Assembly (NCBI GenBank): GCA_003210825.1
Contig: QCUF01000002.1
Location: 2,285 to 66,284, forward strand
From: Prochlorococcus sp. AG-676-P15-1
GTDB lineage: Bacteria; Cyanobacteriota; Cyanobacteriia; PCC-6307; Cyanobiaceae
Length of the DNA: 64,000 nucleotides
Direction: 5' to 3'
A program made the translations under genes and the position numbers. Below are positions 1-10,187 of the stretch, one piece after another; position 1 is the first letter of the stretch; each line of letters starts with the position of its first letter. The notes under the pieces are model-generated. The model was not told the origin of the DNA, made no database searches, and worked only from the letters and a program-made list of their open reading frames with translations.

Positions 1-698
1 CCAGCATTACTAGAGACTAAGAATGAAACTAAGTTTGCTATTTGTGAACAACTACCGAGCTTGCCTAATGGTATGGCTTTGATAATCTCTTCGTTATTTA
101 GTTTCTCAGTCATTTCTGTTTCTATAAAACCTGGAGCTATAGCATTAACAGTTATCCCTCTTGAAGCAAATTCTTTTGCACAGGTTTTTGTAAAGCCAAT
201 AACACCTGCTTTAGCGGCAGAATAATTTGCTTGTCCGGGATTTCCAATTATTCCGACAATAGATGAGATATTAATTATCTTTCCGCTTCTTTTTTTTATC
301 ATGAATTTTGAAGCATATTTTGTACAAAGAAAAACCCCTTTTAAGTTTGTATTTAGAACGTCATCCCATTGTTCTGATTTCATTCGCATTAAGAGCCCAT
401 CTCTTGTTATTCCAGCATTATTTACAAGAATATCTATAGCACCATTTATCTTTATGATTTCTTCAAAAGCTCTACTAACAGATTCTTCTTTTGAAACATC
501 AAATTTTAATTTATGAACTTTGCCTCCAGACTCTTTAATTAGATTTACAACTTCTTCAGCTTTTTCATCAGACGAAGAATAATTTATTATGACTTCTGCA
601 CCTAAATTACTAAGTTCTAAGGCAATTTCCTTCCCAATGCCTCTGCTAGCCCCTGTAATTAAAGCAACTTTACCTGTTAAAGATTCTGTATTTGACAT
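1..698 (-). CDS. fabG: 3-oxoacyl-ACP reductase (3' end runs off the window)
   Basis: Manual translation from ATG at 698: MSNTESLTGKVALITGASRGIG..., with NNAGITRD and GQANYSAAKAG (YxxxK) SDR motifs. Not in the ORF track because it is truncated. Confidence 0.93.
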   Translation of the reverse strand, partial: MSNTESLTGKVALITGASRGIGKEIALELSNLGAEVIINYSSSDEKAEEVVNLIKESGGKVHKLKFDVSKEESVSRAFEEIIKINGAIDILVNNAGITRDGLLMRMKSEQWDDVLNTNLKGVFLCTKYASKFMIKKRSGKIINISSIVGIIGNPGQANYSAAKAGVIGFTKTCAKEFASRGITVNAIAPGFIETEMTEKLNNEEIIKAIPLGKLGSCSQIANLVSFLVSSNA

Positions 699-791
699 TG
701 TGAAATTTTTATAATTTAAAATCGTAGTACTATTTGTGCAAACATATTACTTTTATTTATAATTATCTAGAAAATATAAACTCAAATTATT

Positions 792-1463
792 GTGCATGTA
801 CTAATACCCGCGGCAGGCAGTGGTAGCAGAATGAAAGCTGGAAGAAATAAATTACTTATTGAATTAGAAGGGGAATCTCTTATTTTTTGGACTATAAAAT
901 CTGTATTATCTGCAAGTTTAGTTAGCTGGGTAGGAATAATTGGGCAGCCGAATGATAAACAAGAATTATTAAAATCAGTAAAAAATTTTTCTAATAAAAT
1001 CAAATGGATAAATGGTGGAGATACGAGGCAAAAGTCTGTCTTTAATGGTTTAAATTCCCTTCCATCTACTGCTGAGAAAGTTTTAATTCATGATGGTGCT
1101 AGATGCTTAATTGGTCCCGACTTAATAAATAAATGTGCTACAGAATTAGAACAAAATGATGCAGTTATTTTAGCTACCAAGGTTACCGACACAATAAAGA
1201 TTGTTGATAATAGAGGCTATATAAAGGAAACACCAAATAGACAAAATTTATGGGCAGCTCAAACGCCTCAGGGTTTTTTAGTAAAGAGATTAAGAAAAGC
1301 TCATGAAATGGCAATTGAGAAAAATTGGACGGTTACAGATGATGCCTCACTATTTGAAATGTTAAATTGGCAAGTAAAAATAATTGAGGGAAATTCTGCA
1401 AATATAAAAATTACATCACCACTAGATCTGAAAATAGCAAAACTATTTTTAAAAGATTTTTAA
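792..1463 (+). CDS. ispD: 2-C-methyl-D-erythritol 4-phosphate cytidylyltransferase
   Basis: PAAGSGSRM, GGDTRQKSV, LIHDGAR, QTPQGF, TDDASL, NIKITSPLD motifs. Confidence 0.96.
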   Translation: MHVLIPAAGSGSRMKAGRNKLLIELEGESLIFWTIKSVLSASLVSWVGIIGQPNDKQELLKSVKNFSNKIKWINGGDTRQKSVFNGLNSLPSTAEKVLIHDGARCLIGPDLINKCATELEQNDAVILATKVTDTIKIVDNRGYIKETPNRQNLWAAQTPQGFLVKRLRKAHEMAIEKNWTVTDDASLFEMLNWQVKIIEGNSANIKITSPLDLKIAKLFLKDF

Positions 1464-2332
1464 TAAGAAGGGATATGAATAGTAAGTTTTCCATCGTTCC
1501 CATTTAATGTTGCTTCACAACCTAAAGGGATGCATGCATTACCAGATATATGTCCAATAGGAAGGTCAAAAAGAATAGGAATATCAAATTCTTGAAGCCT
1601 CTCAATTATTAATTTCTTGAGTAAGCCGTTCCATTCAGGTGTAAACACTTCATCTGAAAAACTTCCGAATCCAATTCCTGAAATCTCGTTCAATTTGTTT
1701 GTCATTCTCAAGTAAGTTAGCATTCGATCAATTTTATAAATGTCTTCGTTTATGTCCTCAAATATTATTATTTTCCCTTTTAATAGAGGGAAATGATCAG
1801 TACCAATTAGAAGAGATGCAATAGTTAGATTAGAAACAACAATTTCTCCTTTTGCGATGCCTTTTTTTAAAGGTAAACCCTTAATATCATCAACATATCC
1901 CTCAAAAAGTAAATTTCTTAGTCTTGTTAAACTCCATTCAGGTTCTTTAAAAAGAGTAGTAATCATAGGTCCATGAATCGAGCCAAAAGATCCTTTTGAA
2001 TATTTTGATAACAACAGTGAACAGGTATCAGAGAATCCAATCATCAAGCCATTACCCCAATTTGGATTTTTTTCTAAAAGTCTTGCGGCGCCCCATCCAC
2101 CTTTAGCGAAAATGATGACTTTCTTATTTTGAGCTTTTTCAAGTTCTTCAAATCTTGTTTGATCATCTCCAGCAAAATACCCAAACTTTCTTGAGAGTAT
2201 ATTATTGTGAACAATCTTCAATCCCCAAGTTTTTAAAATATCTATGCCCTTTCTAAAATCCTCCTCCTTATCTATAAAAGAGCTTGGAGCTAAAATTTGA
2301 ATCTCATCTCCTTTTTTTAATTTAACTAGCAT
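1460..2332 (-). CDS. LD-carboxypeptidase (peptidase S66, LdcA/MccF family)
   Basis: APSS, KGGWG, GFSD (Ser), HGPM, FEDINE (Glu), PIGH (His) triad motifs. Confidence 0.88.
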   Translation of the reverse strand: MLVKLKKGDEIQILAPSSFIDKEEDFRKGIDILKTWGLKIVHNNILSRKFGYFAGDDQTRFEELEKAQNKKVIIFAKGGWGAARLLEKNPNWGNGLMIGFSDTCSLLLSKYSKGSFGSIHGPMITTLFKEPEWSLTRLRNLLFEGYVDDIKGLPLKKGIAKGEIVVSNLTIASLLIGTDHFPLLKGKIIIFEDINEDIYKIDRMLTYLRMTNKLNEISGIGFGSFSDEVFTPEWNGLLKKLIIERLQEFDIPILFDLPIGHISGNACIPLGCEATLNGNDGKLTIHIPSY

Positions 2333-2344
2333 TCTTTTTATAAG

Positions 2345-3232
2345 TTATGAGGCGATTATGAATCCCAATAATATTAAGCTTCCATATATAGATTGGTTTT
2401 TAAAATGATCACCAATTTTTTTAATGGATTGTTTACTTTCAGGAAATATTTTCAAAATATCTTTTTGCATTAAAAATCCTGTTATTAACCAAATTGGCCA
2501 AAAAATAAAAGTTAGTTGATTAATGAAAGCACATATTGCAAGAAAACTGGAAGTTAAAAAATAACAAATTTGAATAGTTTTTTTTGTATTGGAAGCAAGG
2601 TTAACTGCGGAACTGTTTACTCCAATTTGAATATCATATTTTTTATCAGCCAAAGCATATACGGTATCAAAACCAAAAGTCCAAAAAATTGTAGCGAGCC
2701 AGCAAAATAATAAAACAATACTATTGATATTACCTTCGTTCGCAGCCCAAGGTATTACAACTGCGAATCCCCAGCATATTGATAAGATAAATTGCGGATA
2801 TTTAAACCATCTCTTTGCAGAAGGGTAAATTAAAATTAGAGGTAAAGCAAAAAAAGCAAGAGAAAGAGAAAGTAGTCTTCCATTCTCTGGAAGCGACAAA
2901 GTTAAAAAGAAACTACATATAATCAAGAATATAAGTATTAAGTATGCCGTTTTAGTACTGATTTTATTTGCAGCAAGAGGTCTGTTTTTGGTCCTTAAGA
3001 CTTTTTGATCTATTCTTTTATCCCAAATATCATTAGCAACACAACCTAAGCCACTAACTAATAATCCACCGATTAAGATTTTCAACAACATGTAAATGCT
3101 TGGATTTGATTCGGGCGTAAGATATAAACTCCATCCAGCAGGAATAAGTAGAATAAGTCTCCCTGTAGGCTTATTCCACCTTAATAATTCAAAAAGGATA
3201 TTTATTTTAGAATTTAGGTCTTTCTTTATCAC
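2345..3232 (-). CDS. ubiA: 4-hydroxybenzoate polyprenyl(solanesyl)transferase
   Basis: LLRWNKPTG, NDIWDKRID..RTKNRPL, YPSAKR, FDTVYALADKKYD; multi-TM. Confidence 0.92.
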   Translation of the reverse strand: MIKKDLNSKINILFELLRWNKPTGRLILLIPAGWSLYLTPESNPSIYMLLKILIGGLLVSGLGCVANDIWDKRIDQKVLRTKNRPLAANKISTKTAYLILIFLIICSFFLTLSLPENGRLLSLSLAFFALPLILIYPSAKRWFKYPQFILSICWGFAVVIPWAANEGNINSIVLLFCWLATIFWTFGFDTVYALADKKYDIQIGVNSSAVNLASNTKKTIQICYFLTSSFLAICAFINQLTFIFWPIWLITGFLMQKDILKIFPESKQSIKKIGDHFKNQSIYGSLILLGFIIAS

Positions 3233-3353
3233 AGGATCTTTATTTCATAACTTTAAATAATCTAACTAGAAATCAGGCAAATCTATAATTTAATAATCAA
3301 TCTTAAGTATATTAATTACGGTATTTAGAATCTCTATTTTTTAGAGAATAAGA

Positions 3354-4952
3354 ATGATACAGAAAAAAAAATTAAGTAATCTGCAAGAAAAAGATATTTC
3401 TGTAGCCTCAATTGATATTGGAACCAACTCCACTCATCTCTTAATCGCTGAAATTAATTCAGATCTCAAATCCTTTTCAATAAAATTTACTGATAAATCT
3501 ACAACACGACTAGGGGAGAGAGATGAAGAGGGAAATCTTAGTGAGGAATCAATTCAAAGAGTTTTAAAGACCCTTAAGCGTTTTAAAGAGTACTGCAAAA
3601 GTAATGGTGTTAAACAAATAGTAACTGCTGCAACTAGTGCTGTTAGGGAGGCTCCAAATGGTCGAGACTTTTTAAATAGGGTTGAAAGTGATGTAGGTAT
3701 TCAAATAGAACTTATAAGCGGATCTGAAGAGGCTAGATTAATTTATCTTGGCGTTTTGTCTGGGATGGTTTTGGAAGATAAGTCTTACGTAATTATTGAT
3801 ATAGGTGGAGGTTCTACAGAATTAATACTTGCAGATCAAAAAGACGCAATAGCTCTTACAAGTTCTAGAGTTGGAGCTGTAAGGCTCAAAAATGATTTTT
3901 TTCTTAATAGTGAACCCATCAATAGAGAAAGATCTAATTTTTTGAGAACTTTTATTCAAGGCTCCTTAGAACCATCAATTGAAAAAATTAAAAGGAGATT
4001 ACCAAGAGGAAAGACGGTCTCAATGATTGCTACAAGTGGAACTGCAATCTCACTAGGAAATTTAATTTTATCTGACCTTGGGCAGCCAAAACAAAAGATG
4101 CATGGTTATGAATTTAAAAAAGAAAATTTAGAGATTGTCTTGGAAAAATTAATTAAAATGCCAATTTCTGAAATAAAGAAAATTCCTTCACTCAGTGAAA
4201 GAAGATCAGAAATAATAATTCCAGGTGCATTAATTTTAAAAACCTCAATGGAGATGTTGAATTTTAATCAGTTGACAATTAGTGAGCGGGCCTTAAGGGA
4301 AGGATTAGTAGTTGATTGGATGCTTCGCCAAGGAATAATAAAAAATGAATTTAATATTCAAAGTAATATTAGGAAAACTACCATAGTTCATCAGGCTAGA
4401 AAGTTTGGTGTTGATAAAGAAAGATCTGAGAAAGTTACTAATATCGCATTTCAAATCTATGCTCAAACTAAAAATATTTTTCATGGCGATACTGATTCAA
4501 AAGCAAAAGAGCTCCTTTGGGCAGCCTGTAACCTTTATGATTGTGGTAAACATGTAAATATAAGTTCATATCATAAACATTCTTGGTATTTAATTAAAAA
4601 CTGCGAATTATTGGGATATTCTCAATCCGAGACAAATAGTATTGCTTCAATAGTTAGATATCACAGAAAGACTTTACCAAAAAAAAGACATGAATCTTGG
4701 CAAAGTTTAATCTCAAAAGAAGATAAAACATTAGTACTTGAAATGTCTTTAATTTTAAGATTAGCGGCCTCTCTGGATCAAAGACCTGAAAATGTATTAT
4801 CTTCTATAAAAATTAAATTACTAAATAATATTATTGCAATTGAACTGATACCTTTAAAATCAAATCAAGATCTTCTTCTCGAAAAATGGAGTTTAGAGTT
4901 ATGTAGTAAGGTGGTTAGAGAATTAAAAAATTTAGAGTTGAAAGTTGTTTAA
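3354..4952 (+). CDS. ppx: Exopolyphosphatase, Ppx/GppA family
   Basis: IDIGTNS, ATSAVREAPN, ISGSEEARL, DIGGGSTE, ALREG; C-terminal HD-like domain. Confidence 0.93.
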   Translation: MIQKKKLSNLQEKDISVASIDIGTNSTHLLIAEINSDLKSFSIKFTDKSTTRLGERDEEGNLSEESIQRVLKTLKRFKEYCKSNGVKQIVTAATSAVREAPNGRDFLNRVESDVGIQIELISGSEEARLIYLGVLSGMVLEDKSYVIIDIGGGSTELILADQKDAIALTSSRVGAVRLKNDFFLNSEPINRERSNFLRTFIQGSLEPSIEKIKRRLPRGKTVSMIATSGTAISLGNLILSDLGQPKQKMHGYEFKKENLEIVLEKLIKMPISEIKKIPSLSERRSEIIIPGALILKTSMEMLNFNQLTISERALREGLVVDWMLRQGIIKNEFNIQSNIRKTTIVHQARKFGVDKERSEKVTNIAFQIYAQTKNIFHGDTDSKAKELLWAACNLYDCGKHVNISSYHKHSWYLIKNCELLGYSQSETNSIASIVRYHRKTLPKKRHESWQSLISKEDKTLVLEMSLILRLAASLDQRPENVLSSIKIKLLNNIIAIELIPLKSNQDLLLEKWSLELCSKVVRELKNLELKVV

Positions 4953-5440
4953 TTTTTATTTATAAGTTCTTCTTTAGGAACTTGATTCTGGAATGATTCT
5001 GAAAAAATATTAAAAATCAAAGATGAAGCTAATAGGCCTAATATTCCTGAAATTAAAATAAAGATAATAACCTCGATAGAATTCTGATTCTTCAAGCTTC
5101 GGTCATTTTTTGCTTTTATTGAGACTTCTTGAACAATTTCTTCGATGTTTACTTCTTTCCGTTCAGTTTTGAATTCGCTCATTATAAAATCTGTATCAAC
5201 TTTCAGCTTTTCAGAAATCCTACGAACCATTGCTTTTATAAAAACTTTTTCCGGTAAATGATCTTCATTACCCTCCTCTATAGCCTGAAGTTGGTGAGAT
5301 CCAATTTTTAAATCAGAGGCTAATTCTTCAATTGATTTGTTTCTGCTTACTCTTGCTTCTTTAATGAAATTGCCAATTCTTTTTAAAGATGAATTATTTT
5401 TGGAATTGTTGTCTGAATTATTAGATTTTATTTCGTCCAA
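4949..5440 (-). CDS. XRE-type HTH membrane protein (resembles the RodZ N-terminus)
   Basis: IGNFIKEAR...LQAIEEGNEDHLPEKVF HTH pattern followed by one TM helix. Confidence 0.75.
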   Translation of the reverse strand: MDEIKSNNSDNNSKNNSSLKRIGNFIKEARVSRNKSIEELASDLKIGSHQLQAIEEGNEDHLPEKVFIKAMVRRISEKLKVDTDFIMSEFKTERKEVNIEEIVQEVSIKAKNDRSLKNQNSIEVIIFILISGILGLLASSLIFNIFSESFQNQVPKEELINKN

Positions 5441-5497
5441 AGCAATTAATTTTTCCCCAATTATAGTGTTATAAATCTATCTATCAACTTTATTCAA

Positions 5498-6253
5498 TTA
5501 TTTGCCCCTAAAGAGATGCTTGTAAGATGGATTATAAAGATTAGACCTATTCGCAATAGTATTAATTGCAGGACTAACAATATAAATAGTAGTTCTAATA
5601 AGTTCTTTCTCAAGTGTAAATTTTTCCATATCCTTCAATTCAATTAAAGATGTCCAACCATCATCCCAAGATACTCTATAACCAACAATTACTTTAGTTT
5701 CTGGAGGGTAAAATTCTAATAAAGTTTTTTGAGAACTTTTTATGTGTCTAGCACTCAAATAAAGACATAAAGACGATTTGTGCTTAGCAAGATCTTTAAG
5801 TGATTCTTTTTCAGGCATGCCAGTTCGGCCTCCTGCTCTAGTCAAAATTATAGTTTGAGTTATATCTGGAATTGTAAGCTCGGCCTGATGATAGGCGGCA
5901 GCGACCTGAAAAGCACTAACCCCAGGTATTACTTCAGTCTCGATATCTTTTTGTTTTAATATTTCTAGTTGTTCTTTAACTGCACCATACAGGCATGGAT
6001 CTCCATCATGCAATCTAATAACAGTTTTACCTTCATTGAATCTTTCTATCATCATTGAAGTGATTTTTTCTAGAGTAAGTGTACTGGTTTTTATTTTTTC
6101 AGCACCTTCAAGTGAAAAATTTATAATTTTTTCAGGAATTAAAGAATCAGCCCAAAATATAACGTCTGCAGATTCTATTTTTTTTAACGCTTTGATTGTT
6201 AATAAATCAGGATCGCCTGGACCAACTCCAATAAAAGAGATCTTTCTATCCAT
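5498..6253 (-). CDS. cobM: Precorrin-4 C11-methyltransferase
   Basis: [46 protein letters not shown]. Confidence 0.93.
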   Translation of the reverse strand: MDRKISFIGVGPGDPDLLTIKALKKIESADVIFWADSLIPEKIINFSLEGAEKIKTSTLTLEKITSMMIERFNEGKTVIRLHDGDPCLYGAVKEQLEILKQKDIETEVIPGVSAFQVAAAYHQAELTIPDITQTIILTRAGGRTGMPEKESLKDLAKHKSSLCLYLSARHIKSSQKTLLEFYPPETKVIVGYRVSWDDGWTSLIELKDMEKFTLEKELIRTTIYIVSPAINTIANRSNLYNPSYKHLFRGK

Positions 6254-7139
6254 TATTTCTTGTTTTGTTTTTATATGATTTTAATCTTAAAAAGAATATT
6301 CCAATTAATCCAGAGGAAAATAAAAAAATACTAATAAACTGGGCCATTCGTAGTCCTCCATCACAAAAGGGTGGAATTCCTCCAATACATAAAGGATCAA
6401 TTCTTAAACCTTCAATCCAGAATCTTCCAAAACTATAGCCTATTAAATAAAGACAACTAATAAAGCCTGGCCTCACTGAGTTTTTATTGTTCTGTTGGTA
6501 AAAAATAGTAATCAATAATATAAAAATTAAAAAATTCCATAATGATTCATAGATAAATGTTGGGTGGAAAAACTGGTAATTTATAAACTCTATTGGCCTA
6601 TTTTGTATGGGTATGAATAACTTCCAAGGTAAATCTGTAGGTATTCCAAAAGCTTCATTATTGAAGAAATTCCCCCATCTACCAATGGACTGCCCAAGAA
6701 TAATAGATGGAATTAATATATCTATAAAGGTCTTTAAATGAATATTGTTGGATTTACAAAAATATAAAATACATAGAAATCCTCCAATCAAGCCTCCATG
6801 GATTGCTATGCCCCCTTGCCAAATTGCAATAAAAGAGGGGATTTGAATTACGTTATTAAAAAGGTTAAAAGAAGTAAAAAAGTTACTACCACTATATTGT
6901 CTCCATTCGAAAATTACATAGTACGCTCTAGCTCCAATTATTGAAGATATTATTAAAGAGGGTAAAATATCACTTATATATTGAGGATTAATATTTCTTG
7001 ATTTTGCAAGCTTTTTAGAAATAAAAAGTCCTATCACTACTGATATGGAAATTAGCAGACCATACCATCTGATAGTTAGAAATCCTAAATTTAAAAATGT
7101 GTCTCCAGGGGATTGAATAAAAGCTTGATATGTAAGCAT
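6246..7139 (-). CDS. lgt: Prolipoprotein diacylglyceryl transferase
   Basis: [43 protein letters not shown]. Confidence 0.96.
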   Translation of the reverse strand: MLTYQAFIQSPGDTFLNLGFLTIRWYGLLISISVVIGLFISKKLAKSRNINPQYISDILPSLIISSIIGARAYYVIFEWRQYSGSNFFTSFNLFNNVIQIPSFIAIWQGGIAIHGGLIGGFLCILYFCKSNNIHLKTFIDILIPSIILGQSIGRWGNFFNNEAFGIPTDLPWKLFIPIQNRPIEFINYQFFHPTFIYESLWNFLIFILLITIFYQQNNKNSVRPGFISCLYLIGYSFGRFWIEGLRIDPLCIGGIPPFCDGGLRMAQFISIFLFSSGLIGIFFLRLKSYKNKTRNNG

Positions 7140-7150
7140 TTAAAGGTTAA

Positions 7151-8104
7151 TTAAACACCCTCAGCAGCTTGTACTTTTTCAACCTGCTTCTTCTTGAGTA
7201 CTAACAGTATTTGGGTTAGGCCTACACCAATAAAAAATGCAATTAAGCCTATTATTCTATAAGGGCTTTGTAACACTACTTCAGCATCTAATTGCCCAAA
7301 ACCTCCTACATTAGGGTCATTAGTGAGAGGATCTCCTGCACTTATTTGGTCTTGTTCTTTCACAATCAGTTTAGGACCAACAGGAACAGCCTCGGTTACT
7401 ATGTCCCCGTTCTCATTCTCAATATTAATTTGATAACTACCATCTTCAATAGTTTCTATTGAATTTATAGTGCCTGCAGAAGAAGAAGTGAATATTACAT
7501 TGTTGCTCTTGTCACCAGTCGGATAAACTTGCCCTCTGCCTCTATTTCCTCCTACATGCAACGAGTACTTTCCATAGTGATACTCTTTATTAGTAGCTGG
7601 ATTAGGGGAAAGGACTGGAAAAACGATTTCTTTATTAGTATCTCCTGGTAATGGCCCGACAAGAATTATATTGTCTTTTTCTTCGCTGTAATTAGTAAAG
7701 TAAACCCCTTCGGTTTCTTCTTTTATTTCATCAGTCCACCTTTCTTGAGGAGCTAATTTAAAGCCATCAGGAAGCATAACTACAGCCCCAACTTGTAAAG
7801 GAACCTCTGAACCGTCAGCACCTATTTCCTTTATGTCATCTTTATATGGGATTTTGACTACAGCTTTGAAAACACTATCAGCTCCAACAGATTGAGGGAC
7901 CTCTGCAATAGTTGGCATTTGTGCTAAATGGCAATTGGCGCAGACTATTTTTCCTGTGGCTTCTCTGGGAGATTCGTAATTTTGCTGCGCCCAAAATGGA
8001 TAAGCAAAAGAGGATGTTGGGAAAATTACAATGCTGGAAATAAAAAGCAGTGTGCAGAGAAAGAAAGTTGTTTTTTTCATAATTTGGGTTTTAAAATTAA
8101 TCAT
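7151..8104 (-). CDS. petA: Apocytochrome f
   Basis: [25 protein letters not shown] heme motif; [11 protein letters not shown]; C-terminal TM. Start moved to the ATG at 8104 just after the petC stop (8080 is an alternative). Confidence 0.97.
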   Translation of the reverse strand: MINFKTQIMKKTTFFLCTLLFISSIVIFPTSSFAYPFWAQQNYESPREATGKIVCANCHLAQMPTIAEVPQSVGADSVFKAVVKIPYKDDIKEIGADGSEVPLQVGAVVMLPDGFKLAPQERWTDEIKEETEGVYFTNYSEEKDNIILVGPLPGDTNKEIVFPVLSPNPATNKEYHYGKYSLHVGGNRGRGQVYPTGDKSNNVIFTSSSAGTINSIETIEDGSYQINIENENGDIVTEAVPVGPKLIVKEQDQISAGDPLTNDPNVGGFGQLDAEVVLQSPYRIIGLIAFFIGVGLTQILLVLKKKQVEKVQAAEGV

Positions 8105-8108
8105 TCTC

Positions 8109-8645
8109 TTAGGCCCACCAAGGATTTTCATTAGTTCTAAAATCTGTCTCTGACCACTGTTTTACAAGTACAGCATCATCATCTACATCAACATGCGCCA
8201 AGGCCAAAGATAAAGGCGCAGGTCCTCTTACTACTTTTCCATTTGTGTCATATTGACTTCCATGACAAGGACATATGAATTTATTCGCACCGCTATCCCA
8301 TGGAACAACGCATCCTAAATGGGTACAAATAGCATTTAGTCCGAATTCTCCTATATCTCCTTCACTGTTAACAATTAAGTAAGTTGGATCTCCTTTGAGA
8401 CCTTGCACTAAACTTCTATCTCCTGCTTGATGACTTGCTAGCCAACCGGTCTTTGTTACAGGGTTACCTAATTCATCTTTTGCAGAAGTTCCGCCGCCAC
8501 CGCCGCCAGCTCTTAGTGGCATAAAATAATTTGCTACAGGATATAAAGCTCCTAATGCGACACCAGTTGCTGTTCCAAATGTAAGAAGATTCATAAATTG
8601 CCTTCGACCCATGGATGGGACGTCATTGGAACTTAATTGAGTCAT
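8109..8645 (-). CDS. petC: Cytochrome b6f Rieske Fe-S subunit
   Basis: Tat RRQFM; CTHLGC and CPCHGSQY Rieske boxes; RGPAP. Confidence 0.98.
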   Translation of the reverse strand: MTQLSSNDVPSMGRRQFMNLLTFGTATGVALGALYPVANYFMPLRAGGGGGGTSAKDELGNPVTKTGWLASHQAGDRSLVQGLKGDPTYLIVNSEGDIGEFGLNAICTHLGCVVPWDSGANKFICPCHGSQYDTNGKVVRGPAPLSLALAHVDVDDDAVLVKQWSETDFRTNENPWWA

Positions 8646-8768
8646 TCGATACTTGAGACTGTTATTTATTAGTTATTATGAATCAGATTGCATGATTTCT
8701 GTTGCAAATAGATAGGACTTTTAATAATTTAAAGTATAAGTTTTTATGAGATTGTTTATTATTAAATT

Positions 8769-9086
8769 ATGAAACCTTTGGTAGTAGAGGAGATTATCCA
8801 TTACTTGATTCATCGATGGGGTAAAAAATATGACTTTAGACTTTTTAAAAGAGGTAAATATTTATATTTTCAAATGATGTGGGGTTTTTTAGGACAAGAA
8901 TCTTTTCCATTAAATGAAGTGGAATATAAAAAATCAATAGCAGATAAAATTGAAATATTAAATAGATGCGGTTATTCAGATGAAGTAAGGGAATGGCTTA
9001 AAAAAGTAAATTCAAGACCAAGATTAGGAAGAGCTGTAAGCCTTCAACTACACATTAATGAGAGGATGAAAGAGTTTTTGATTTAA
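8769..9086 (+). CDS. Conserved cyanobacterial protein (DUF3067-like)
   Basis: RWGKKYD...LYFQMMW..L.QESFPL and RPRLGRAVS pattern; typical neighbour of petC. Confidence 0.75.
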   Translation: MKPLVVEEIIHYLIHRWGKKYDFRLFKRGKYLYFQMMWGFLGQESFPLNEVEYKKSIADKIEILNRCGYSDEVREWLKKVNSRPRLGRAVSLQLHINERMKEFLI

Positions 9087-9813
9087 GGCTTTCAGATATG
9101 TAAGTTAGCCCAGCTCCAACAAAAAATAGAAAAATTATCGAAATTGAGAGCAATGACATAGTTAAAGGATCTGTTGAAGGTGTAATTACTGCGGATAAGA
9201 TCGCAGAGGAAATTACCACTATTTTCCAATTTGATAGCATTTTTTCTGTAGTAATAATTCCAAGTGAACCAAGAATAAATTGCAAAACTGGTAACTGAAA
9301 TGCTATTGCAGTACTTGACATTAACAATAAAACAAAATCAAAGTATCTCTCTATGGACCATGTTGGTTCAACTATATCAGCTCCAAAATTTATAAAGAAG
9401 TTTATTGCCGCGGGAACTAATATCCACCAAGAAAAAAGCAAGCCAAGAAAAAATAATAAACCTGATCCAAAAACAGCCGGTAAAATTAGGTTTTTTTCTT
9501 TTTTAGTTAAACCTGGAGAAATAAATAATATTAATTGATAAAAAATGTATGGAATAGAGACGATTATCCCGCTATATCCTGCTACTTTTATGGCAACAAA
9601 TAAAAATTCTCCAGGAGCAAGTTGTAATAAATGTATATCACTTGCAGGAATCTCTAAAAATGAAATTAAAGGCTTAATTATTAAAAAACTAAAAAAAATG
9701 CAAATTAGTATCGAATAAATAGAATTTAGTACTCTTTGCCTTAGCTCTTCTAAATGATCAGTAAAACTCATCGAATCATAATTATTATTCTTACTATCTT
9801 CTTTCCTCTTCAT
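9055..9813 (-). CDS. tatC: Twin-arginine translocase subunit TatC
   Basis: DHLEELRQR, FISPGL, FQLPV, AVITPSTDP; multiple TM helices. Confidence 0.96.
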   Translation of the reverse strand: MKRKEDSKNNNYDSMSFTDHLEELRQRVLNSIYSILICIFFSFLIIKPLISFLEIPASDIHLLQLAPGEFLFVAIKVAGYSGIIVSIPYIFYQLILFISPGLTKKEKNLILPAVFGSGLLFFLGLLFSWWILVPAAINFFINFGADIVEPTWSIERYFDFVLLLMSSTAIAFQLPVLQFILGSLGIITTEKMLSNWKIVVISSAILSAVITPSTDPLTMSLLSISIIFLFFVGAGLTYISESLKSKTLSSSH

Positions 9814-9897
9814 TATTGAGCTTATTTTATAGTTTGAAATAGAAAAACATTTATTTTATTTATAAAAAGCGTAATTTTGATTATTAGTAGCTAAGAA

Positions 9898-10158
9898 CTA
9901 TTTACTTAATTTTGGATTCGTCGGATCAGGTAATAAAAATGGAGGAGCATCATTTAAAGAAGATTCTCCATATGTTTCATATTCTCTGTAACCACCCATT
10001 TTCCCATTTGTTTTCATCAAAGCACTTACGAAAGCAAGTAATAGAAAAACAGTTGGGGCTCCAATAATTAATGCTGCTCCGAACAAGTACCCTACAATAA
10101 ATTCTGGGAAACTATGATTACCTAAAAATTCGTGTGTTCCAAGTAGAAAATCTAACAT
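9898..10158 (-). CDS. Small hypothetical membrane protein
   Basis: 86-aa ORF filling the intergenic gap, co-oriented with neighbours, one long hydrophobic segment. Confidence 0.6.
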   Translation of the reverse strand: MLDFLLGTHEFLGNHSFPEFIVGYLFGAALIIGAPTVFLLLAFVSALMKTNGKMGGYREYETYGESSLNDAPPFLLPDPTNPKLSK

Positions 10159-10187
10159 TTAACAAAAATTATTTTTCCTATTATAAG

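Noticed and set aside
301-1003. ORFs 301-516 (+) and 782-1003 (-)
   Set aside because: Antisense to fabG and ispD.
3307-3319. GTA-TATTAAT-TAC upstream of ppx as an NtcA site
   Set aside because: The spacer is 7 nt, not the required 8.
8105-8131. N-terminal extension of petA in the ORF track
   Set aside because: Overlaps the end of petC; the downstream ATGs give a normal signal peptide.
8491-8508. GC-rich CCGCCG run in petC
   Set aside because: Encodes the known poly-Gly hinge of the Rieske protein.
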